DNA from: a virus
Taxonomy: Duplodnaviria > Caudoviricetes
DNA: 30,545 nucleotides
Virus record (IMG/VR): IMGVR_UViG_3300032271_001718
Location: 1 to 30,545 of that record
Strand: one strand, 5' to 3'
Under the pieces are notes generated by a model. The model was not told the DNA's origin. It saw only the letters and a list, made by a program, of their open reading frames with translations, and searched no databases. How positions within the stretch are numbered: position 1 is the stretch's first letter; the number at the start of each line of letters is the position of its first letter. Below, piece after piece: positions 1 to 5,952 of this stretch. The position numbers and the translations under genes are program-made.

Positions 1-184
1 AAAAACAGATATTATTCGCACCGGGAACGCACTGGGCATGGATTACAGCAACACCAGCAGTTGTTACGATCCTGCAGACTCAGGTCAGCCATGTGGTCAG
101 TGTGATCCATGCTTGCTGAGAATCAAGTGCTTCGCAGAACTAGGGTTAGAAGATCCTCTTTTAGCAAAATGGAATATGTGTTGA
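1..184 (+). CDS. queC: 7-cyano-7-deazaguanine synthase, C-terminal part (5' end outside window)
   Basis: Frame starting at nt 2 reads [52 protein letters not shown]...C*. It contains the QueC Zn motif SCY-x7-PCGxCDxCxLR and the GxxDP tail. Not in the supplied ORF track. Confidence 0.9.
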   Translation, partial: KTDIIRTGNALGMDYSNTSSCYDPADSGQPCGQCDPCLLRIKCFAELGLEDPLLAKWNMC

Positions 185-209
185 TATTTAAAAATCATTG
201 ATACATAAT

Positions 210-286
210 TCGAGTGTAATCCAATCGGTAGAGATAAGGGACTTAAAATCCCTAAAGTGTGGGTTCGAATCCCACCACTCGTACCA
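210..286 (+). tRNA. tRNA-Leu(UAA), short variable loop
   Basis: Anticodon arm AGGGA-CT TAA AA-TCCCT; T arm GTGGG-TTCGAAT-CCCAC; acceptor TCGAGTG/CACTCGT (U1-U72 mismatch); ends ACCA. Confidence 0.9.
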
Positions 287-294
287 AACACAAC

Positions 295-368
<74 letters not shown>

Positions 369-374
369 AACACT

Positions 375-464
375 GCATACTTGCATCTGGAAGATGGGCG
401 AGATATCGTCAGCAGTTCGATTCTGCTACTAGCAATGAGGTGCAAATCCTCAAAGTATGCACTA
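375..464 (+). ncRNA. tRNA-like RNA with two T-loop arms and no anticodon arm
   Basis: 8-bp closing stem GCATACTT/AAGTATGC followed by A-CTA. Hairpins: CATCT-GGA-AGATG, GGCGA-GATA-TCGTC, AGCAG-TTCGATT-CTGCT and TGAGG-TGCAAAT-CCTCA. Lies between tRNA genes. Confidence 0.6.
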
Positions 465-472
465 AAAACTTT

Positions 473-507
473 CTCGGTGTAGCGCAGTTTGGTAGCGCAT
501 CTGCTTT
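473..507 (+). pseudogene. 5' half of interrupted tRNA-Pro(UGG-type)
   Basis: CTCGGTG TA GCGC AGTTTGGTA GCGC A TCTGC TTT, then breaks inside the anticodon loop. The acceptor strand CTCGGTG is the exact complement of CACCGAG at 1173-1179. Confidence 0.85.
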
Positions 508-508
508 A

Positions 509-516
509 TATAAATA
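509..516 (+). promoter_or_regulatory. T4-like late promoter TATAAATA for the endonuclease
   Basis: Exact TATAAATA at the insertion boundary, followed by SD AAGGAG and ATG 536. Confidence 0.6.
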
Positions 517-535
517 GAATATAAAGGAGAACGAT

Positions 536-1111
536 ATGATCTGCCAACACTGTAATAAAGAATGTAAAAATGCAAATTCTCATAGAAATCATGAGAGAAC
601 CTGTCCAAAAAATTCTAATCGAAATTATAAAAATGGGATGACAGGAAAAACTCCATGGAATAAAGGGCTAGATAAAACAGACCCTAGAGTTTTGAAGTGT
701 GCAGAAGGTGCATCACGAGCATTGAAAGGCAGGGCTTCTTCTGTTGTTTGGACAGAAGAGATGCGTAAGGCTAAATCAGATTGGAAAAAACAACTACACA
801 TTGACCGACCAGAACTACATCCTAATAGATTACTAGCTGGTAATAAAAAGAAATGGACATATCCAGAAAAAGTTGCAGGAGACTGGCTAGAGAGAAATAA
901 CATCTCCTTTGAGAGAAATAAAAAAGTCGACGTATATTACCCTGACTTTATTGTAGGAAATAAAATAATTGAAATAGACGGAGAACGCTGGCACAATGAA
1001 GAAAAGGATAAAGTAAGAGATGAAGTCTTAACAAATCTTGGCTTTACGATTTTTAGAATAAAATCAAAAGATCGTATAGAAAAAAGATTAGAAGAAATAT
1101 TCGGAGTATAG
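536..1111 (+). CDS. Putative homing endonuclease: N-terminal Zn finger, NUMOD-like repeat, C-terminal DUF559/Vsr-like PD-(D/E)xK nuclease
   Basis: CxxC...HxxHxxxC; GKTPWNKG; C-terminal YPDF...IIEIDGERWH...D..RDE.L..LGF.IFRI, typical of DUF559/Vsr. Sits inside a tRNA gene. Confidence 0.8.
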   Translation: MICQHCNKECKNANSHRNHERTCPKNSNRNYKNGMTGKTPWNKGLDKTDPRVLKCAEGASRALKGRASSVVWTEEMRKAKSDWKKQLHIDRPELHPNRLLAGNKKKWTYPEKVAGDWLERNNISFERNKKVDVYYPDFIVGNKIIEIDGERWHNEEKDKVRDEVLTNLGFTIFRIKSKDRIEKRLEEIFGV

Positions 1112-1150
1112 GACAACCTAGTTCGTACTATCCGTTCTAAAAAAACAAAA

Positions 1151-1183
1151 GGTCGGGAGTTCGAGTCTCTCCACCGAGACCAA
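1151..1183 (+). pseudogene. 3' half of interrupted tRNA-Pro
   Basis: GGTC GGGAG-TTCGAGT-CTCTC CACCGAG A CCA. The 3' anticodon-stem strand has degenerated into an A-run. Confidence 0.85.
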
Positions 1184-1210
1184 ATAAAATATGGGTGAGT
1201 TGATGCTCAT

Positions 1211-1284
1211 GCGGATGTCGTATAATGGTAATACCTCAGCCTTCCAAGCTGAAGCCGTGGGTTCGATTCCCATCATCCGCTCCA
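1211..1284 (+). tRNA. tRNA-Gly(UCC)
   Basis: GCGGATG/CATCCGC acceptor, TCAGC-CT TCC AA-GCTGA, GTGGG-TTCGATT-CCCAT, ends TCCA. Confidence 0.95.
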
Positions 1285-1314
1285 TTTATATAGTTAACAA
1301 GCAAGGAATTTAGC

Positions 1315-1587
1315 ATGAACGATGAAACCACAAAAGAAATTCTTCTGATCACACAAGAAGAATGTGCTGAAATAATTCAAGCAATCTCCAAGTCTTTTCG
1401 ATTTGGTATTGACACTGTTTACAAAGGTGTGAGTAACCGAGCGCATTTGGAAGAAGAAATTGGAGATTTTTTGTGCATGCTTGATTTGTTAATTGACAAT
1501 GGCATAGTTAATGAAGATGCTGTGATCTCAGCAAAAAATCAAAAATTAAATAAACTACTCACGTGGTCAAATATTTTTAAGAAATAA
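1315..1587 (+). CDS. mazG: MazG-like NTP pyrophosphohydrolase
   Basis: EExxE...K and LEEEIGD motifs; SD AAGGAA. Confidence 0.8.
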   Translation: MNDETTKEILLITQEECAEIIQAISKSFRFGIDTVYKGVSNRAHLEEEIGDFLCMLDLLIDNGIVNEDAVISAKNQKLNKLLTWSNIFKK

Positions 1588-1588
1588 T

Positions 1589-1678
1589 GGGGAATGGGAC
1601 TGCTAGGGGTGGTCGCCTGCTTTGCACGCAGGTATTGTCGAAAGGCACAGATCGGTTCGAATCCGATATTCTCCACCA
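1589..1678 (+). tRNA. tRNA-Ala(UGC) with long variable arm
   Basis: Acceptor GGGGAAT/ATTCTCC with G3:U70 and A73; CCTGC-TT TGC AC-GCAGG; extra hairpin TGTC-GAAA-GGCA; ATCGG-TTCGAAT-CCGAT; CCA. Confidence 0.88.
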
Positions 1679-1683
1679 AATTT

Positions 1684-1757
1684 CTGGGAGTAGTATAATG
1701 GCAGTACGACGGTCTCCAAAACCGCAGGCTGAGGTTCGATTCCTTGCTCCCGGGCCA
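1684..1757 (+). tRNA. tRNA-Trp(CCA)
   Basis: CTGGGAG/CTCCCGG acceptor, CGGT-CT CCA AA-ACCG, TGAGG-TTCGATT-CCTTG, ends GCCA. Confidence 0.92.
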
Positions 1758-1763
1758 AACGAT

Positions 1764-1839
1764 GGTGTCGTTGGTGTAGTGGTTTGCACGCTGTGTTGTG
1801 ACCGCAGAAGCATGAGTTCAATCCTCATATGACACCCCA
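1764..1839 (+). tRNA. tRNA-His(GUG) with encoded G-1
   Basis: G-1:C73 plus GTGTCGT/ATGACAC acceptor; CTGTG-TT GTG AC-CGCAG; ATGAG-TTCAATC-CTCAT; CCA. Confidence 0.92.
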
Positions 1840-1843
1840 AATT

Positions 1844-1933
1844 GGAATGGTCCCATAATGGTATTGGAGCGGTTTGCTAAACCGTCGGACGAAGTGATTC
1901 GTCTTCTGGGTTCGAGTCCCAGTCATTCCGCCA
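1844..1933 (+). tRNA. tRNA-Ser(GCU)
   Basis: GGAATGG/TCATTCC acceptor, GCGGT-TT GCT AA-ACCGT, long V arm GACGAA-GTGA-TTCGTC, ends GCCA. Confidence 0.93.
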
Positions 1934-1956
1934 ATTTTTTGAGAAAAATAGATATT

Positions 1957-2047
1957 GGATCCTGTTCCCTACGGCGGTCTGTAAAACCGTTGCCATAAAC
2001 ATGTTAGGGCGGCTGGCGATTAGGTTCAACTCCTTCAGGATCCACCA
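1957..2047 (+). tRNA. Non-canonical tRNA-Tyr(GUA) lacking a D arm
   Basis: GGATCCTG/CAGGATCC + ACCA. Only ~8 nt lie before the anticodon arm GGCGGT-CT GTA AA-ACCGTT. Long variable region; AGG-TTCAACT-CCT T arm. Confidence 0.75.
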
Positions 2048-2053
2048 AACCAT

Positions 2054-2127
2054 GCCTCGTTAGTTTAATGATAGAACTCCACCTTTACACGGTGGTTGCG
2101 GCAGTTTGATTCTGTCACGAGGTACCA
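2054..2127 (+). tRNA. tRNA-Val(UAC)
   Basis: GCCTCGT/ACGAGGT acceptor, CCACC-TT TAC AC-GGTGG, GGCAG-TTTGATT-CTGTC, ACCA. Confidence 0.92.
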
Positions 2128-2135
2128 AATAGCAA

Positions 2136-2210
2136 GAACCGTGGAGCGGCTGGCGTGGCTAACAGTCTTTCAAACTGTTTAGATGGGATCGAAACCCATA
2201 CGGTTCGCCA
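2136..2210 (+). tRNA. tRNA-Glu(UUC)
   Basis: GAACCGT/ACGGTTC acceptor, ACAGT-CT TTC AA-ACTGT, ATGGG-ATCGAAA-CCCAT, GCCA. Confidence 0.85.
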
Positions 2211-2248
2211 TTTTGATTCTGTTTAGCTCAGTAAAAGCTAAATAATGC

Positions 2249-2956
2249 ATGAATTATAAAAAACATTATGATTTGTTGATTTCGCGTGCTAAAACACGAA
2301 CGATAACAGGATATAAAGAAAGACATCATATAATACCGCGTTGTCTTGGTGGTTCTGATGAGGCTACAAATTTAGTAGATCTTCTTCCAGAAGAGCATTA
2401 TGTAGCACATCAATTATTGGTAAAAATATATCCAAACTGTTCTCCTTTAATAAAAGCCGCTGCAATGATGTGTATAAACTCATTGACTCAGCAGCGCAAT
2501 AGTAATAAAATGTATGGGTGGTTGAGGAAAAGATTAGCTGATGTGATGAAACAATCACAGCAAGGATCAGGTAATTCCCAGTTCGGCACTGTTTGGATTG
2601 CGAATCTTTCTACAAAAGAATGTAAAAAAGTTAATAGAGATTTATTAGAACAATACCTAAATGAAGGATGGATTAAAAAAAGGATAATAAACTGGGAAAC
2701 TACACCTAAAACTAAAACGTGTCCTAGTTGCCAAACTATTTTCTTTGGAAAAGGAAACACCTGCTCGATAAGTTGCGGTAACAAACTTCACTATGAAAAA
2801 AATAAAGATTCTTTTCCTTTCTTGAAAGGTCATTTAGAAAGTATAATTGAAAATCATAATAAAGGTATGAGTATATACAAATGTCTAATTGAAGCTGGAT
2901 TGAGTGGTACAGGTAATAATCACACCAAATTAAAAAACATTTTAAAAAATCTATAA
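2249..2956 (+). CDS. HNH homing endonuclease (free-standing, phage type)
   Basis: ERHHIIPRCLGGSD..NLV.L...EHYVAHQLL HNH motif; GSGNSQFG NUMOD-like segment; CPSC...CSISC Zn ribbon. Inserted between tRNA genes. Confidence 0.9.
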   Translation: MNYKKHYDLLISRAKTRTITGYKERHHIIPRCLGGSDEATNLVDLLPEEHYVAHQLLVKIYPNCSPLIKAAAMMCINSLTQQRNSNKMYGWLRKRLADVMKQSQQGSGNSQFGTVWIANLSTKECKKVNRDLLEQYLNEGWIKKRIINWETTPKTKTCPSCQTIFFGKGNTCSISCGNKLHYEKNKDSFPFLKGHLESIIENHNKGMSIYKCLIEAGLSGTGNNHTKLKNILKNL

Positions 2957-2964
2957 ACAACAAG

Positions 2965-3039
2965 TGGAAGTAAATCGATTGGAGCAGATACTTGGCTTTG
3001 ACCCAAGGTGAGCGGGTTCGATTCCCGCACTTCCTGCCA
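2965..3039 (+). tRNA. tRNA-Gln(UUG)
   Basis: TGGAAGT/ACTTCCT acceptor (1-72 mismatch), CTTGG-CT TTG AC-CCAAG, GCGGG-TTCGATT-CCCGC, GCCA. Confidence 0.88.
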
Positions 3040-3060
3040 CTTATTATAAGGAGATTAATC

Positions 3061-3600
3061 ATGTTAGCATTTTTAGTGTGTTTTTATTGTGCCATTGCAG
3101 ATCGAGTTCGTGGAGGATTCCCTAGTGATAGATTTTGGAAAATTAAACCGTGGTGGAAGCCACCGCTTCGTTCGTTTATTTGGTATGTTTCTGGTGGTGT
3201 TCTCGCCGCTTGTATTCTTAATCCACATGATATTAAAACTTTTTTAATTTGTGTGATTGCATCTATTCTTTTTGCATTGGGCGAACGACAGAACATGGGT
3301 GTGATTGGCTGGCTATACCCCGCCAGTCAAAAACAATTCCAGGGTTGGATTCAACAATTTCGAATCGGTGCAGTATGGACATTGATTGTCTCGCCGCTTT
3401 ACTTTGTTGACGAACGACTTGTTGTTCTTATTCCGGCTTGTTTCTTTGGTCCTGTCTTAGGTGCGCTATTCGCACGATTCTTGTGGGTAAAATTGCCACC
3501 TATTTATTTGGAACTTGATGGGCAGTGGGCCTGGACTGAATTTTATCGTGGACTGTTTATGGCTCTAATAGCCATCGTTTTTCACTATTATCTAACTTAG
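3061..3600 (+). CDS. Hypothetical multi-pass membrane protein
   Basis: SD AAGGAG before ATG 3061 (the track's upstream start overlaps tRNA-Gln); several hydrophobic segments. Confidence 0.75.
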   Translation: MLAFLVCFYCAIADRVRGGFPSDRFWKIKPWWKPPLRSFIWYVSGGVLAACILNPHDIKTFLICVIASILFALGERQNMGVIGWLYPASQKQFQGWIQQFRIGAVWTLIVSPLYFVDERLVVLIPACFFGPVLGALFARFLWVKLPPIYLELDGQWAWTEFYRGLFMALIAIVFHYYLT

Positions 3601-3611
3601 GAGACTGAAAC

Positions 3612-3785
3612 ATGAACAAGTCAATTATATTTCGTAACAGACTCAACGGTGATAAAGTTGTCTGTGATGATGTAAAGAAAGACACCAAATATATTGATGG
3701 TGTTGAATATTATTTTGTGCATGAGCTTGATAATGCGCGACGATTTCTGATGCGCAAAGAGGCACTTGAAAAAGTAAGCAAGTAG
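3612..3785 (+). CDS. Small hypothetical protein (57 aa, MNKSIIFRNRLNGD...EKVSK)
   Basis: SD AGGAG, ATG 3612, TAG 3785; fills the gap between genes. Below the ORF-track cutoff. Confidence 0.7.
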   Translation: MNKSIIFRNRLNGDKVVCDDVKKDTKYIDGVEYYFVHELDNARRFLMRKEALEKVSK

Positions 3786-3807
3786 CTGAAGTTAAATTTG
3801 ATCAAAT

Positions 3808-3891
3808 CTCCCCGAGCCCGACATCGGTCTTCTAAACCGATCCTTAGAGTTGGGTGGACGGCATGAGGTTCGATTCCTCACGGGGGGACCA
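3808..3891 (+). tRNA. Non-canonical tRNA-Arg(UCU) lacking a D arm
   Basis: CTCCCCG/CGGGGGG + ACCA; 8-nt linker AGCCCGAC; ATCGGT-CT TCT AA-ACCGAT; 22-nt variable region; TGAGG-TTCGATT-CCTCA. Confidence 0.78.
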
Positions 3892-3906
3892 ATTCGCGTG
3901 TTGCAT

Positions 3907-3980
3907 CGGAGTATAATTCAAAGGTAGAATAATCGGCTTTTAACCGATCCATCGGGGTTCAAGTCCCTGTGCTCCGACCA
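3907..3980 (+). tRNA. tRNA-Lys(UUU)
   Basis: CGGAGTA/TGCTCCG acceptor, ATCGG-CT TTT AA-CCGAT, CGGGG-TTCAAGT-CCCTG, ACCA. Confidence 0.93.
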
Positions 3981-3987
3981 TATCGAC

Positions 3988-4061
3988 GGCTGGATGGCAG
4001 AGCGATTATGCAGCGGCCTGCAAAGCCGTGTAGACTGGTTTGACTCCAGTTCCAGCTTCCA
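3988..4061 (+). tRNA. tRNA-Cys(GCA)
   Basis: GGCTGGA/TCCAGCT acceptor, GCGGC-CT GCA AA-GCCGT, ACTGG-TTTGACT-CCAGT, U73-CCA. Confidence 0.92.
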
Positions 4062-4106
4062 AATGCTTTTTTCAGTAATGCTGTCATACAGTGATATATA
4101 ATTATC

Positions 4107-4841
4107 ATGAGTAAACCAAATATATTATTAATCGGAGACAACTGTGTTGACATCTATCAATACGGTCTAGTAGACAGAATCAGTCCAGAAGCACCAGTGC
4201 CAGTTTTTCGTTATCTAGATGAAGAAAGCAGACCCGGCATGGCAGCCAATGTCAAACTAAATTTAGAAGCATTGGGCATGTATGTAAAATTCATTAGTCG
4301 AGGAACAAGCAGAAAAACTCGGTTAATAGACAGACGCAGCGGCCAACATATTGTTAGAATTGACGAAGATGCTAATTCAGAGTCGTTGAAAATCCAAGAC
4401 CTACCAACTCTTTATTTTGATGCAATCGTGATCAGCGACTACAACAAAGGTACGGTCAGTTATGAATTGATAGAGCATATACGACGAGAATATGCAGGGC
4501 CGATATTTGTTGACACCAAGAAAACAGACCTAGCTAGATTAGAAGGTTGCATGGTTAAAATTAATGCCAGAGAATTTGCAGCAGCGAAAACATACGCGAC
4601 GGACATGATTGTTACGCATGGCGATCAAGGTGCTAAATTCAGAGATATGATTTGGCATGCGCCACAAATTCAAGTTGTGGATGTCACCGGCGCTGGTGAT
4701 ACATTCTTGTCAGCGTTAGTCTATGATTATTTGCTGAATCATGATCTGGAAAAAGCAATACCGTTTGCTATTCACGCTTCTGCAGTAACGGTACAGCATA
4801 TCGGAGTATACGCTCCGACACTAGCAGAGATCGGTGGCTGA
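4107..4841 (+). CDS. rfaE: PfkB-family sugar kinase, HldE/RfaE heptose-7-phosphate kinase-domain type
   Basis: RISPEAPVPV, GMAANV, ISDYNKG, DVTGAGDTF motifs. Confidence 0.85.
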   Translation: MSKPNILLIGDNCVDIYQYGLVDRISPEAPVPVFRYLDEESRPGMAANVKLNLEALGMYVKFISRGTSRKTRLIDRRSGQHIVRIDEDANSESLKIQDLPTLYFDAIVISDYNKGTVSYELIEHIRREYAGPIFVDTKKTDLARLEGCMVKINAREFAAAKTYATDMIVTHGDQGAKFRDMIWHAPQIQVVDVTGAGDTFLSALVYDYLLNHDLEKAIPFAIHASAVTVQHIGVYAPTLAEIGG

Positions 4842-4842
4842 C

Positions 4843-5214
4843 ATGACTGATACAATTCTTCGTTATTGTGGACGCCACTTAATATTAGATATATGGACTG
4901 AAATTGGTTTAGAAGTTTTGGGAGATCTAGACAAGATCCAAGAACAATTTATTGCAGCAGCAGAATATGCTGGAGCAACAGTGTTGAATCATCAATGGCA
5001 TCATTTTGGAGCTGGCAACGGCATCACTGGTGTTGTCATGCTGGCAGAATCGCATATGAGCATTCACACCTGGCCTGAACATGGTTTTGCAGCCATTGAT
5101 GTGTTTATGTGCGGGGATTGTGACCCTAAAAAAACACTGAAGTTTATGCGAGAACTGTTTCAGCCACGTAGTTATAGTATCAATGAAATAACTCGAGGTT
5201 TGCTACTAGAATAG
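4843..5214 (+). CDS. speD: S-adenosylmethionine decarboxylase proenzyme
   Basis: GRHL..D, GITGVVMLAESHMSIHTWPE (ESH self-cleavage site), DVFMCG. Alternative GTG start at 4834. Confidence 0.92.
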   Translation: MTDTILRYCGRHLILDIWTEIGLEVLGDLDKIQEQFIAAAEYAGATVLNHQWHHFGAGNGITGVVMLAESHMSIHTWPEHGFAAIDVFMCGDCDPKKTLKFMRELFQPRSYSINEITRGLLLE

Positions 5215-5228
5215 TAATCTTATTTAAT

Positions 5229-5256
5229 GCAGGTTCGAGTCTCGCTCAAGGCACCA
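5229..5256 (+). pseudogene. tRNA 3'-end remnant (T arm, acceptor strand, ACCA)
   Basis: GCAGGTTCGAGTCTCGC TCAAGGC ACCA with no matching 5' half nearby. Confidence 0.6.
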
Positions 5257-5268
5257 ACTAGATTTGTG

Positions 5269-5276
5269 TATAAATA
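5269..5276 (+). promoter_or_regulatory. T4-like late promoter TATAAATA
   Basis: Exact box 7 nt upstream of ATG 5284. Confidence 0.6.
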
Positions 5277-5283
5277 CATAATC

Positions 5284-5952
5284 ATGAGAATTTCAGAAAT
5301 AACAGAAGCCAGTGATCTAACAGTTCGTTCGGGCATAGGAATCAATGCTGCAAAGAAACAACAATTGGCTAAACCTGGCGCTGTAGAACTAGGTCATGGC
5401 GCTTTTGGTAGTGCATTTATTGAACCTGGTGATGTTGAAAAAGTCAAAAAGATTAGTAAGTTAGATGATAACAAATGGAACAGTGACGGTTATTTTGCAT
5501 ATATCGATGCAATACGTCGTCTTGCTAAACAAGCTAAAATGAATCCATATCTGCCGCAGATATACAATGTCAAAGCATTTGAAACAAAAAATAATAAACG
5601 ATATTTAGAAGTTACAATGGAAAAATTGTATTCTTATAACAATCTCAATACTGAAGAAGTAATATCTGTACTGGAAAAAATAACTCAAACTCAGCTTGAA
5701 CGTGAAAAATTCAAAAAAAAAGATTTGATTGATATAGTTGATGTTTTTATTCAAAATCCCCTTAAAACAAAAGTAAAAGTCAGAAACAGAACAATTGAAA
5801 TCACAGATTCCAACTTTCAAAAAGCTGCTATCTTGATACACAGACTAACTCCTTACTTTGAACAAGATATTCATGATCAGAATATTATGTTTCGCCGCAC
5901 TTCCGCTGGCGTTCAACTGGTACTCACTGATCCATTATCTTTTCGGGCGTAA
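5284..5952 (+). CDS. Protein-kinase-like fold protein
   Basis: LGHGAFGSAF Gly loop, VKK, MEKL hinge, DIHDQNIM catalytic loop, TDP in place of DFG. Start moved to ATG 5284, downstream of the late box. Confidence 0.75.
   Translation: MRISEITEASDLTVRSGIGINAAKKQQLAKPGAVELGHGAFGSAFIEPGDVEKVKKISKLDDNKWNSDGYFAYIDAIRRLAKQAKMNPYLPQIYNVKAFETKNNKRYLEVTMEKLYSYNNLNTEEVISVLEKITQTQLEREKFKKKDLIDIVDVFIQNPLKTKVKVRNRTIEITDSNFQKAAILIHRLTPYFEQDIHDQNIMFRRTSAGVQLVLTDPLSFRA

Noticed and set aside
508-1150. Self-splicing group I intron in tRNA-Pro
   Set aside because: Only ~28 nt before and ~39 nt after the ORF remain, with no recognisable P7/catalytic core. The 3' anticodon-stem strand is destroyed, so splicing would not restore a tRNA.
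1577-1840. ORFs 1577-1840, 1587-1832 and 1603-1821
   Set aside because: They lie entirely over the Ala/Trp/His tRNA genes.
2161-2180. Opal suppressor (TCA) reading of the loop CTTTCAA
   Set aside because: The stem ACAGT/ACTGT frames a 7-nt loop with central TTC (Glu). ORFs end normally at TGA.
3823-3841. Amber suppressor (CTA) reading of the loop CTTCTAA, or a recoded genome
   Set aside because: The 6-bp stem centres TCT (Arg). Conserved genes are uninterrupted in code 11 and some end in TAG.
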